Assembly (NCBI GenBank): GCA_052426225.1
Contig: JBNJNM010000009.1
Location: 1,178,001 to 1,242,000 of the forward strand
Direction of reading: 5' to 3'
Source of the DNA: Zancudomyces culisetae HAW-14-8
Lineage: Eukaryota > Fungi > Kickxellomycota
DNA: 64,000 bases
Shown: piece after piece, positions 1 to 12,230 of the stretch
Layout of the letters: each line of letters begins with the position of its first letter
Position numbering within the stretch: the stretch's first letter is position 1
Notes under the pieces: generated by a model
What the model saw: only the letters and a program-made list of their open reading frames with translations
Told to the model about the DNA's origin: nothing
The model's database searches: none
Translations under genes and position numbers: made by a program

Positions 1-298
1 GTAAATGAAGTTGAGTCCCTTTGCTTTTGATTTCTGGTAAGCTCCCTCTCGATTTGCAACCCATATTCCACATCCAGCATACACACTGAATTTTAAAAAT
101 ATCAAATCTAACACTTATACAAAAAAAAACCCAGCGAGTTGAATCGAAATTAAGCTAACTATTTTCTTTTCGCTTTTTCATTTTCCAATTTCTTCGTACT
201 TTCCTGGAGCTTGGTCACTTATAGTAGTACTTTAAGCTACAAATTAATCGCTTGCTGCATTTTAGTTTTAACCAGGCGATTTTACGACAATATTCGAC

Positions 299-2130
299 AT
301 GACATTAAGTGGGGTTAAGCGTAAGTACCATAAGATGCATTTCATTCTTACCCTAGATTTATCCTTGTTGAAAGACATAAACAAATTGTAAATACATAGA
401 ATACTTTGCCTCAACTCCTGGGAAGGTGATAATAACAGGCGAACATGCAGCGGTATATGGGAAGGTCGGTTATCTGAACAGCATTCTACATACTCGATTG
501 AGTTTAAAAGTATTAATACTGGTGTATACAACATGAAACTTTTTTTAAAATTTGTTTTTAGGCTGTCATAGCTGCAAGTGTAGATTTGCACATGTATGTG
601 TACTCCAAAGAAATCGAACCAAAGAAGATTCTTGTTAATTTTATGGATATTGGCTTCGAATTCGAATGTCCCACGGAATGCCTATTTGCTTTAAAACCAG
701 CTGGTTAGTATGCCTTTTTTTGTTTTGGATGTAGTAATGCTTGAAAGGTATTGGAAAACAGGGTGTGACATTATAAAAAATAATAGGCAAGAGTGAGATA
801 GGACATCCAGGCGAGATTGAAGAGTTAGCCAAGTCTCTAGAGACAAAAGGATTGATAAAAATACCTGAAAATACGGCTATGGCATCTGCTCTTTATGTAG
901 TTCTGTTTTTGTACTCATCGTTGATTCCTGTTGAAAAAAGGTTAGCTATGCCACTTCACTAATGTTAACGTTTCGTACGCCGGAATACTATACTCGTAAA
1001 ACATCAAGTGTTCTGATAGATATAAACGCATGTACGAATAAAAATAAAGGGATAGAGGTTTGGAGATCAGCATAAGATCCACAATACCGATTGGGGCGGG
1101 GCTGGGATCCTCTGCTGCGTATGCTAGTTCGTTGACAGCAATCATGCTACAAGCCAGCGGAGTAGTCGATAAAGCCACAGTAGACAGCGAGGAATTTCTG
1201 CAAAAAGTAAATGCTTGGGCGTTTAAAGCGGAGCAGGTTGTGCATGGAACACCATCGGGTGTAGATAACACTGTAGTTACATTTGGAGGGTTTGTCAAGT
1301 TTGAAAAGGACAAGTCAATTGTAAACATTACTAACAATAATACAGACAATGGAGGTCTTGAGCTGGAGTTTTTGATTGTGGATACCAAAGTTCCCAAAAA
1401 CACAAAGGCAATGGTCGCGGGTGTAAGGAAGAGATATGATGCAGCCAGAACCGAGACTGAGGCTCTTTTGAATCAAATTCATGGCATAAGTAACAAGCTT
1501 TTCTCAATCCTTGAGTATGCTCAGGAACCAAAATCTACACCTGGGGTAAACAAACCTCTTGGCGACAAATTGGAAGGTGTCGATCTGGACAATTTAGAGT
1601 CTGCTATTTCAGTAAGTTCTTTTCTTTTCTTTTTATTAATTTATTTTTACTTGCCTAACTGGCCAACTATTCAAGTTTGGTTTAGACAAATATCTTTTAA
1701 AGAAAATGAAAACATGTAGAAATGTATAGACGAAAATCATCTCGTGTTAGAAAAACTTGGAGTAAGTCATCCAGTTCTGGAACAAGTAAAGTCCATAGCT
1801 AATTCGTTTGGATTTGCATCCAAGCTTACTGGTGGCGGAGGAGGAGGGTGTGCACTAGTATTTATTTCGAAACATGGAAACAAGGCTGAAACCGAAGAGA
1901 ACCGCGAATTGGTTATATCTAGTCTGGAAAGCAAAGGGTTCAAATGTTATCCGGCATTTCTGGGCGTAAAAGGTGTGCGGACTATTTCTGGACTTGAATT
2001 CCTTAGAAAGGACAGTAATATAAGCAAATTTGTAACAAAAGACAACAAAAGTAGTGGTAATGATACTTTTGGGGTTTGGTTCAAAAGTTGTGATATTTCG
2101 GATTTATCTAGTCTGTCAAACATGCTTTAA
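299..2130 (+). CDS. ERG12: Mevalonate kinase (GHMP family), 6 exons: 299-320, 400-464, 562-703, 787-940, 1056-1611, 1720-2130
   Basis: Manual splicing at GT-AG sites gives a continuous frame: N-terminal STPGKVIITGEHAAVYGK, GHMP loop PIGAGLGSSAA, HGTPSGVDN, LGVSHPVLE and SKLTGGGGGGC. Confidence 0.93.
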
Positions 2131-2252
2131 AGCTACTGACAATATATTTATTCCTTTTATTTTGACACAGTTATTTTCCATTATGAATCTATTAATGTTA
2201 TAAATTAAAATTAAAAGAAAGGGAAGTAAAAAGAGTAAAGAACTGGTGAAAG

Positions 2253-2960
2253 CGGGGGGGGGGGGGGCGGAGGGAAGGAGGGATATAGTTTGGAAATAAA
2301 AAAAACGGTATTGAAGAAAGGTTTGTGTAGTCGCTTTGCAAACCCATATACAAAAATAGATGTGTTTGCAATCAATTATTATACAATAATAATAATATCG
2401 TATTTTTTTATAAACACTCTGGCAGTAACCAAGGTAGAACAAAAAAAGCGGAACAGATTAAAGAAAAAAGAACGGTTTGCGGAAAAGTGAACGGGAAAGG
2501 GAGAGGAGAGGGGAAGGAGAGAAGGAGGGGCAAATGAATGAAATACTAGGCAAGTTTTGTATGTAGAGCGAGGTGTTTACAAATTATTGATGATATATGC
2601 TGGGTATTGGTGTAAAAGGGCGCAGGAAGGAGGGGGGGAGGGTGCAGGTAGGGGGAGGAAGAGGGAAATGCGAATTTATGCCAGTAGATTACATAAAAAA
2701 GACATTAGTTGGATGATGTTTGTTATTTCCTGGGAAGGAGGGGAGAGGGGAGAGGGGAGAGGGAGACTTAATCTGTAATGGAATTGTGAATATGACGACA
2801 TGTATGAGCTTTGCTTGTGTTTATATTTACTAATGTGGCCCGGTCGTTCTTTGGATATATAAAATAAAGAAAACGAAAACGAAAATGATGAGAGGGAAGA
2901 GCGGGGAGGGGGGAAGGAGGTTGGGAAGTTGGAGTAGCGGATTGTAAAAAGAATAATGCA
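2253..2960 (+). repeat. Polypurine / G-run tracts (poly-G, GGGGAGA repeats) with G-quadruplex potential
   Basis: Long G run at ~2253-2267; gggagaggggagaggggagagggaga at ~2741-2766; further GGG-rich tracts at ~2630-2660 and ~2895-2930. Confidence 0.7.
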
Positions 2961-3722
2961 GTTAGTTTATTTTTCACGAGTTTGGTAGAAAATTTACTGG
3001 CAAAAATCACGTTTTTATTTTGCTTTTATTCTTTTGTAACAAACAAGTGTTGGGAGGGGAAAGTTGGGAGATTCCTGAATGTAGCCGAATATAGTTGAAA
3101 AGAACTGGTACCAACCTTATTGATTAATGAGTTGTGTATGTATTAAATGGGGAGATATTGTACTAGAATTGTAGAATTATTTTATTTTATTTTAAATAAT
3201 GTATTTGGAGAAATCAAATTAAAGTTAACGTAATTTTCAAGGTTGGTTTTTTTTTTTATGGAATGACATCAAGTGATTTGCAATAATTTGCAAATGCCGG
3301 AATGAAGAGGTCTTATTAAAAGGTTCCAAAATTGTAGTGGAAGAAAGTAGTGGAAAGTGGAGTGGAGTGGAGTGGGGGGGTGGGAAGAGAAGGACTAAAT
3401 AGGTCAATTATTAGAAATAGTGGGGGGGGGGGAAGGTAAAAAAAAATAATTGTAATATCACAAATTATTGTCCAACATGCAAAGTTCATGTAATGAACAG
3501 GTTTTTCTTTCTGTAAAGGGTAAAAGGAACCAAATTGAAATTTCAACTTGCATACCAAGTATAAAGGTTTCTGTATGAACGTTTAATAGAGTTAGAACAT
3601 TCAACCAACACAAAACACATATCAATTAACAAAATAAAAAGTGAACGAAAAAAAAAAAACGCAAGATCGCTGGAATAAAAAAAAATAAAAAAACTGGTAA
3701 GATAATACTATTGTTACTACTA

Positions 3723-3766
3723 CAAGACAGCAACATAGCAACACAGCAAGACAGCAACACAGCAAT
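3723..3766 (+). repeat. Degenerate 8-bp tandem repeat (ACAGCAAC-like) upstream of the RNB gene
   Basis: caagacagcaacatagcaacacagcaagacagcaacacagcaat read directly. Confidence 0.7.
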
Positions 3767-3844
3767 ATTACAAGTAAAAAATACAATAAAAAGGAAAAAA
3801 AGCACAATACAAGAAAAATAGAAAAAAAAAAGAAGGGTGGAATC

Positions 3845-6490
3845 ATGGAGGTCGCAGTTATAACAGATTCGTTCAAGGATCTGAAAGTTGAAGAAGAAAG
3901 AGAGCATACAAATGAGAGTGACACAGAGATAAATTTAGATACCAGCATTTCAAAGACAGAAACAGGTGGTATTGAGAATGTCAAGAAGAAAAAAAGCAAG
4001 AAAAAACCCGGGAACAAGAGAGGGAAAAGGGCAAGGTTCGAGTATTTGATCACCGGTTCATGGTATGAAAGACACAAAAAGCAATCGGAGTTGCTCCTGG
4101 GAGTATCACATGGAATATATTATTTGGGAGTTTACCGAACTGGGGGAGGAAAAAAATCGGCAGATGCTTATGTGACGATCAACAGTGCGAGGAAGCATAA
4201 GGATAGAAAATTTCTTGACAAAGATGTAGTAATAAGCGGGATATTTAATCAGAATAGAGCACTTGATGGGCAGCTTGTGGTGGTAAAAGTGTTTACAGAG
4301 GACAACAGACGAACAGGCGTAGATAATTCCAAAAAGTATAGACAAGACAATAAAATGCGGTCAGAAAAGTTTTTTAAAATGTATAGAGAAGGGAAGATGG
4401 AGGGGATAAAGGAGGAGGAATTGAAGTATATGAAGACAGGAGACGAGGATAAAGACAAAGGTGGTGATGATGCAGATGCAGATGTAGAAAACGTGGATGA
4501 TCGAATGTTTGGGAAAGTGGTCGGAATTCTTCTGAATAATGACAAGATTCAGATGTATGTCAAATACAGGAAAACATCAGAAGATGAAATGTATTGCCTA
4601 ATGGAGGAAGTGGGAGGTACATCACAAGTCATAGTTGCAGCTGATTCTGTTAAGGACAAAGACACAATATATTTGGTAGAACGAATTGCGTGGCACCGCT
4701 ACCACCGATTTCCGCTTGCAGCGGTTCTGAGGGAAGAGCCACGGTTTTCCAAACAACAGAAAGAAAAAGCGGATGATGAGCAAGCAAGTGATAAAGCAAA
4801 CGAAGAAGCAATAATGCTTGGAACACATGGAATCATAACAGAAGAATTTGGGCGTGAAGCAGAGCAGGAGGTGCAATCGATGATAACAGCAGCAGCAGAA
4901 TATGGGCGCGGAGGAAAATATATGCAGCGAGTGTGTGGGCGTAAAGACTACACAGATGAGTTTACATTTACGATTGATCCATTCGGGTCGAAAGATTTAG
5001 ACGATGCCATAACATATGTGGGAATGACCAAGGACAGGCTGCATAAGATCCGGGTCAATATAGCAGACGTCAGTTTCTACATCTGGCCTGAGACGTTCCT
5101 GGACTTTGAAGCAAGAAATAGAGCAACCAGTTTTTATCTCCAGGACCGAAACATTCCTATGCTGCCTCGAGCGCTTAGCGAGGGATTGGTTAGTTTGTTA
5201 CCGGGCCTAGAGCGATATGCAGTGACCGTAACGTTTTATATTGATAAGGATGGGACGGTGGTGCGAGCAAAGCACAGTACAAGCATAGTACATAGTGTGG
5301 CACAACTAGATTATGAAATGGTGGACAGTGTTATCAGCAATCCTCACAACGACATTTCGTACAAGTGCCACTGCCACTTTTGCGAAAGAATGAGCCAAAA
5401 CAAAGTAATAAAGTCGTTTGAATCTAAGGCATGTAGAAAAAGGATGAAAGACACCATTAAAACGTTGGCTCAGCTGACCCAGAAAATACGCAAAAAGAGG
5501 TTCAGCAATGGCTCGCTCTCACTTAACAGACCCAAAATACACGCACGTCACGGCAAGTTGGTGGTTGAGGGCGACATAGATTCGCCAGCGCACCAGCTAA
5601 TTGAAGAGCTAATGTTGTTGGCCAATAAATATGTCGCTGAAACGTTGTATAAAAAGCTCGGCCGCCTGGGTTTGCTGCGAAGACACGGCCCGCCTTTGTC
5701 TAGTCGTCTGCAAGCATCTGCTGATATTCTTAACTTGCCCATTTCCACACAGTCCAACTGCTTGGCTGAATCCATACACTCTTCCGTCAATAACATTGCC
5801 GACCCTGAATATAAACGTCTGGTTATACACATCCTTACTTCTGCCATGCGTAATGCCGTTTATTTCTGTCCTTCCAACATTGTCCACCCTGCCGACTACC
5901 ACCACTTTGCTCTCAACTCAAACTTCTACACTCACTTTACTTCCCCGCTACGACGATACCCCGACTTAATTGTCCACCGTATGCTCCTATTTAATCACGC
6001 CCAACTACCTAAACTTTCTGACCTCGACTCCATTGTCCACCTTTGCAACCTCAAATCCATGCGCTCCCGCCTCATCCAGCGCCTCCTTGAACGTACTGCT
6101 GTTCATTCCCACTTGTTCTCTTCCTTTGATTCTCCTCTTTGTCTTACTGCTCACATCACTAGACTTTATGAAACCAAATTTTCGTTTGTCATTTTAGACT
6201 ACAACATTGAAGACGATATACAACTAAATAGCCTGTCTATTTCCACCCATTCCAATTCCAATCTCACCGCTTCTCTCGACCTATGGGTTTACAATTATCA
6301 CTTCCGCTCTCTTTCCTTGCTTCTCAATTTTACCCATTCCAAACAATCGAAATCTCCTACAACTCCCGCATCTGTCTCCCACTCCTACAAAATCTTAACT
6401 CTCTCCATTGGATCAAAGTTCCAGCTTCTAGTTTCTCCTCTCAGCCCTGACTCTGGTCCAAAATACACCTATCAGCTACTACTTGCCTAA
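3845..6490 (+). CDS. RNase II/RNB-family 3'-5' exoribonuclease, Dis3L2-like (no PIN domain), intronless
   Basis: 881 aa ORF. Cold-shock-type NRALDGQLVVV, catalytic TIDPFGSKDLDDA, IADVSFY, PMLPRALSEGLVSL, AHQLIEELMLLAN, HHFALN..YTHFTSPLRRYPDLIVHRML. Catalytic Asp residues are intact, unlike Ssd1. Confidence 0.9.
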   Translation: MEVAVITDSFKDLKVEEEREHTNESDTEINLDTSISKTETGGIENVKKKKSKKKPGNKRGKRARFEYLITGSWYERHKKQSELLLGVSHGIYYLGVYRTGGGKKSADAYVTINSARKHKDRKFLDKDVVISGIFNQNRALDGQLVVVKVFTEDNRRTGVDNSKKYRQDNKMRSEKFFKMYREGKMEGIKEEELKYMKTGDEDKDKGGDDADADVENVDDRMFGKVVGILLNNDKIQMYVKYRKTSEDEMYCLMEEVGGTSQVIVAADSVKDKDTIYLVERIAWHRYHRFPLAAVLREEPRFSKQQKEKADDEQASDKANEEAIMLGTHGIITEEFGREAEQEVQSMITAAAEYGRGGKYMQRVCGRKDYTDEFTFTIDPFGSKDLDDAITYVGMTKDRLHKIRVNIADVSFYIWPETFLDFEARNRATSFYLQDRNIPMLPRALSEGLVSLLPGLERYAVTVTFYIDKDGTVVRAKHSTSIVHSVAQLDYEMVDSVISNPHNDISYKCHCHFCERMSQNKVIKSFESKACRKRMKDTIKTLAQLTQKIRKKRFSNGSLSLNRPKIHARHGKLVVEGDIDSPAHQLIEELMLLANKYVAETLYKKLGRLGLLRRHGPPLSSRLQASADILNLPISTQSNCLAESIHSSVNNIADPEYKRLVIHILTSAMRNAVYFCPSNIVHPADYHHFALNSNFYTHFTSPLRRYPDLIVHRMLLFNHAQLPKLSDLDSIVHLCNLKSMRSRLIQRLLERTAVHSHLFSSFDSPLCLTAHITRLYETKFSFVILDYNIEDDIQLNSLSISTHSNSNLTASLDLWVYNYHFRSLSLLLNFTHSKQSKSPTTPASVSHSYKILTLSIGSKFQLLVSPLSPDSGPKYTYQLLLA

Positions 6491-7877
6491 CTATCTCTCG
6501 TGTATACATGTCCGCCTGTCTAATCGGCTCGCTAACTCGATACTTTGAACATATTCTGGTCAGCTGAACCGCGAAATCCAAACTCACCTTGTGCCCAATA
6601 GAAACGAATATTGGATTTGTACAGTCTTTTCGTTTTACTGGTATTATTGCCTGTTTTCATTTTCATTTTCATATTAGTTTTAGCTTTAGTTTTATTTTAG
6701 TTTTATTTTACACTCATTGTACTAATTCTTTAATTAAACTAGTTTTATCTATGTATTTATTTATTTTTATTTTTATTTTTATTTTTATTTTTATTTTTAT
6801 TTACCTTTCCATATACAAAATCATCGTTTTTGGTTTTGATTTCTATCTCGATCTCCCCACCATCATCTCGTGATGTCTTGCTCAATTCTGTAGCCACCAT
6901 TCTCTTGATTTCCTTTGGTCCAATACCATCCTCATCCCTATCCTCATCCCTATCCTCATCCCCAATCTTTTCCTTACTCTGCCCATCACCCTTATCATTA
7001 CCAACTCTTGTCGTGCTCTTTTTCCCCTCAATTTTCAAAAAGTTTTTACTTACACCAATCGTTGGTATATCCAAAACCACACCTAAATGACTCGCAAGTC
7101 CCGCTTTGTTATGGTGTAATAATCCGTTTCCATCAACAAACAGTACTTGTGGGATAATCTTGTCTTCTTTTTCTCTCTCCTTCTTTCTTTTAAATAGTTC
7201 TAGGTATCCTCCAAGTTCCCTAGCTGCCAAAAAGCCCGCTTTGTATCCTTGAATCTCTGTCGATCCTTTCTCTTTCTCTTTCTCTTTCTCTTTCACCTTC
7301 TTCTTTTCCTCACTACCATCGACATCATTGGTATCATTGGTACATTTTTTTGTACTATGTTTTATCACTTTGGAAACATGATCCTTGTATACCACCTAGT
7401 ATTAATTATAAAAAGGTCTTCAAAATATTAACCTCCTTTATTTAAAGATACTTTTTACATATATATCTTTGTAAGTAAGCCAAATGGACAAACTGTTACG
7501 TTTAAACTTGGGTATTCCAGAATAACCAACCCAGCAACCACAATTTCGTATTCGTCTTCACAACCACAGTTACTATTGTTGGGCTCGCTGTAGTAGCTGG
7601 TGTCAACCCCGGCAATATACCTTAAATTCTCTATTTTCGGTATCTTTGGCCCCATCCCACTCTTCGTTTCTAGCGGATAAACAATAGTAAACGTGTGAAC
7701 ATCGTGAGGAATGACTTTATTTTGGATTTCCTTTTGAATTCTATGTTTTTTATATATCCATTTTGATTTTATTTCAAGCTCAGGTATTCCCTTCCCCGCT
7801 CCTCACCATACAGTTATTGTTTTATCTTTCTTCCTTTTGTCTCACCTGTCCCAGTACTCAATATCTATTTCTTGCAT
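6441..7877 (-). CDS. Endonuclease V (inosine-specific nuclease), 4 exons: 7877-7846, 7740-7500, 7395-6805, 6650-6441
   Basis: Spliced product contains YIAGVDTSY, GYKAGFLAARE, LFVDGNGLLH..AGLASHLGVVLDIPTIGVSK, NPIFVSIGHKVSLDFAV and YRVSEPIRQAD. All introns are GT-AG; stop TGA at 6443-6441. Confidence 0.9.
6756..6802. repeat. (TTTTTA)n microsatellite inside EndoV intron 3
   Basis: Directly visible; explains the spurious NKNKNK tail of ORF 6757..7395. Confidence 0.85.
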
Positions 7878-9137
7878 AATTTATTTTCTTGATCCTATTA
7901 ATATTCAGATCTATAGAAAAGTTTTAAATACTCAAGCTTGCTAAAAAAATATATATATAATATATATACTTGCAGCTAAACATCCTTTATGCATCTTTGA
8001 AAGGAGTTTATATATGATTTTGTGAAATCTCAGATTTTCGAATTAAACCAATAGTTCCCTATTTTTCTTTTTAGTTTTCTTCATCAAAATTTGTTTTGAT
8101 TTACTTGGTTTGGGAGGCAAGAGTGGGGGGAGGGGGAGGGGGAGGAAGATATTCTTGTTTCAATCTTCTTTTTTTTTAGTATTATTTTACATTTACTGAT
8201 TTAATTACATAATATAATTGGCTCAGTTTTATACCTGTGGGTCATCTAAAATATATTATGTTGCATAATTCATGGTGAATTTAAAATTCTTCTTTATTAC
8301 CTTTTACTTGCCCGCTTTCACCGCAATCACTATATATTTGGTTGTGTAGTAAAAACCCAAAATGTTTAAAATAATAATTAAAAAAAACAGTTAATAGCTG
8401 GAATCAAATTATGACCTGATGCAATAGTGATCATATTTTTGCATCAATGAGTTGACAGACATTATACTAAAAAAAAACCATCTAAAGCATTTATGGGACA
8501 CTCACACTTCCACTTGAAACTTGCACTCCTCTTTTTTTTTACTAGATAAATAAATCAATACGTTTCATTCTTTTTTTTCAAGATAGGAGGATTATACGTG
8601 TCTATACAACACCGTTCATAGTTAAAGCAAATGATAATGACGAGCAAGAAGGTTCAAAGTTAAAAATAATAAAATAAAAAACCTTGCAGAGTACAAAAAA
8701 AAGCAATACCTTTCATCACTTGGCTTTCCCAGAATAAATGGCTATACTTAACCTCAGCAAGCTGTTTTAAATAAACACACACCCTTGGACTATTACAATC
8801 AACCCACATGTTACTGTACTCATTATACTATCCAGGGCAAAAATTCTTTTTAACTTTATTAAAAACTAAAAAGTGGTTTATTTTTGCCTCCATTTAGAAA
8901 TATTTTATTCGTTTGGCTAGAAAGCGAATAGTGCAGACCCATAATAACAATATTATTGGATTTTATTTTGGATTTTGCATAGTAAATATTGCGGGCAAAA
9001 TAAAACATCAAAGACAGCTCAACTCTAATTAGTAGTCAAATTTTATTCAAGACAGAATTATACATATATTAGACGAATATCTCTAATTGAATAGGTTCCT
9101 CAAAAAAAAAAAAACGAATACATTATCTGACTAAACT

Positions 9138-10389
9138 ATGGATCTAGATTTTTCCAGCCTTTCCAAAGCAAGGTAAGATTCACTTTACTTTACTTTACCT
9201 TTTCTTTCTTTCCTTTTATCGCATTTATTATTTCATTTACATTCACCCCCTTCAACCTAACCGCAAAATCTTTTGCTTCATCCAAAAAAAAAAAATCTCA
9301 AAGCAAGCCAAAGAAGTCTAGCAATTAACCCTAAATGCTTTTTTTTTTAAATCCATGTTGACTAATGACCTATTTACTATAGACCCAAAAACAAAGAATA
9401 CGAGCCCTTTGGTTTTTCTCATTCCGCATATTCTACCAACATTTCCAGAGCCGAGGTAAAAATAAAATAAATAAACAAATAAGAACAACAAAGAAAATGA
9501 AAATTGATTATGTCCCTCTACTCCCCCCCCTACCCTCCATCAACTACAAGCTTTTATATATACCTTTGCATAACTAATCATACGCTGGGCAAATCAATTA
9601 TAGAAAAAAGTCGAGGGTTCAGACTCATTTTTGAGAATAAAGGTACGAGAATCTTGGTTTCATTTTAACTACTAAACCAGTATTGCGGCAATATCCGTTT
9701 CATGACATTCGATACACGAGGTGAAAGAAAAAAGTACTCTAAAATAAAGTTGTTTTTTGTGGTTTTTACATTTAATTCATTTTAGAAAGCCTGGGATTTC
9801 GCCATCTCGCCTGCAAAAACCCTGCCTATGCAAATGTTTATGGCATGGATGAGTGGATCTAATGTACAAATCTTTAGCATCTTTATTATATTTATGGTTA
9901 TGAGCGCACCAATCAAAGGGCTCATGTCGATTAACCAAGGTATTTATTTGATATAAACGTTTACATTTTGCTTTGACGACTCTGCGGTCCGCGGGTATTC
10001 CTTTCTCCAGCGATATCTGGGATCAAACTCTCTTACTTTGATACTCATGTATAATTATTGCTGTAGCATTTCAGCCGCTTGAGGTTTCCAGAATCACAGG
10101 AAAAGCCGACGTAAACTTGTCCTTGCAGAAACTAGTCTACATAGCATTGAACCTTTGTGGGTTGGCGTTTGGTGTATATCGAATGTCTATTATGGGTTTG
10201 CTTCCAACACATACTTCCGATTGGATGTCTTTTGATGTCCCCAAAAAGGTATTTACTTTTGATTTCATATATATTTGTGTTCGGTTGGGGAAATGATCTG
10301 GCATGTGATGTGATGTGTGATGTGATGATATTTAACATTTATTTTGTGAATACCACTACCAATAGTACCTCGAATACGGATTGAATTAA
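9138..10389 (+). CDS. EMC4: ER membrane protein complex subunit 4, about 6 exons (missed by the ORF track)
   Basis: Exons translate to [10 protein letters not shown].., [37 protein letters not shown], and [34 protein letters not shown], matching EMC4 family motifs. Last mini-exon 10366-10389 is YLEYGLN*. Confidence 0.88.
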
Positions 10390-12230
10390 TTATTCCTTTT
10401 TTTTCCTTTTTACCTTTTTGGATGTTTGTCGCAACTACCCGTTTTATTATTGTTATTATTATTTTTTGTATCTTGAATGTTCAACCTTCTACCACTTTTA
10501 TGTCTAGTTACTCTCTTTTTCATACATTTGTCATTTTTATTTCAGCTGTAAAGACGTGCTACAATATAAAATTTGGTCTCTGATGGCATTATTTCACTTT
10601 GAACACCCGACCGAGCAATATTTATGCCAAATATACTGCCATATAGAAAGTATTTTGGTATCTCTGAGTGTATAGTGAATGTTAAAATTAGGGTTGGCCT
10701 ATTTTTTTTACTTTGAGCTCAGCTGTTTCATTCCACTGTTTTTACCCACCCTTCTGACCTTACAAATTATTCGAATGTTGGTTACATTAAATATACTTCA
10801 CCATTTATTCGAGCAGCCACAAGCGAATGATCTCCGTGGCTCGCACTTTCAAGTTAATAGTGGTAAGCGCATTAAATATTGCTATGTAAATAAGCTTTAT
10901 CTATTTACGCCTATTTTTTTTTGTATTTGGCCACTAATACCTTCTCCTTCTCCTCGTCCTTCTTCCCAGTTACCAGCAAATTTTAGCTTCTCTTTTTTTA
11001 AAGCGCGTTTTATTGATGTTTTTCAAGTGTAGTTTGAAAAAAAAAAATTCCGGTAATAACAAAAAAAAATTATTTCGTTTTCGCGTAGGATGCCATAAAA
11101 ATGCGTTCACAAATTTCACGAGTTAGAAAAAAAGGACGATTGTTTTGTACAAAAGAAAATATTCGACAGGATTGTGATCAAAAAACAACACTTCTCCCGT
11201 TCCCTCCAAAGATAAAATGCAATGCAAATTTCGCATTTATGGGGAGAAAAAATAAAAATAAAACGAGTTCTGCAATCTTCACCACCACTCTAAAGTCAAA
11301 AAAGCAAAAAAGAAAAAGAAAAGATCTAGCTCAGTTCTTGCTTTATGCATCTTGTATAAAATATTCGCACTAATATTTGGCTTGTCATCCTACCGTTTTT
11401 GGAACATACAAATACACAAGAAAGTATATTTAGATTGCAGCTTTGGATACAAAGTAAAATAGGATAGATAAGGCCAAGTTAAATGGTTAAAAACACCAAC
11501 TTGCTATATCCAAGGGGGGTGATGCGAAAATTTGGGACTCATTAGCTAATTTGACAAAGTGGATTTGAATTTGTTACTTGAATTTTTTTCACACTTTTTC
11601 CCAAACAAGTCACGCTAAAAAAAATTTCTCTTCTCCCCCAATTTACCTGCATTTTTTGGTCTCCTCAGTCCCGTTTGGGTTTTGCGATTTGGAAGGAATC
11701 AAAAAAAATGGATTTAGTGATGTCAAAAATAAATAAATGGACGAATAAGATGGCTATCGTTGGTGAAATTTTTAAATCACCGGAGACAGTTCCGCAAACA
11801 AATCTCACAAAATAAAATATAAAAGTAAATATAAACAGTGCTTAAGGAAAATGGAAGGGAAAGAGAAGAGCAAAGAATACATACATCGTGTATGCACAGT
11901 CAGGACCGTAACAAGCACTTTATTTACTAGTAAAATTACTACTATTATTTCTATTCTACATAACTTTTTTCTACTTTTTACATACTTGTCTTCAATATTA
12001 CAAATAACATATCTATACTAACACACTTCAAAAGTATAAATAGCATCAACTTGTTTGCGCACCTATTGCTCTACACAAAAGGAATAGCATACGCTTTTAT
12101 AGTATATAAAACTCGATCGGACAGGAAAAAAAAGGCTTAAACAACCGAGAAATAATTTGCAACTTTAATATACTAGAGTGCCGATAAGAATAATAAAAAA
12201 ACCTAGGAATACAAGTACAAGACAACAAGA

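Noticed and set aside
8398-8458. SECIS-like hairpin (ATGAC-CTGATGCAA...TTGCATCAA-TGAG). Examined because some early-diverging fungi use selenocysteine.
   Set aside because: No unpaired apical AA at the expected distance from the core, and no upstream + strand ORF with an in-frame TGA. It lies in the EndoV/EMC4 divergent promoter region. SECISearch3/Seblastian would settle it.
9990-10002. GCGGGTATTCCT in an EMC4 intron, complementary to a sequence I recall near the 5' end of fungal LSU rRNA (possible snoRNA guide)
   Set aside because: No adjacent D box (CTGA) and no clean C box. A 12-nt match to rRNA is expected by chance in 64 kb.
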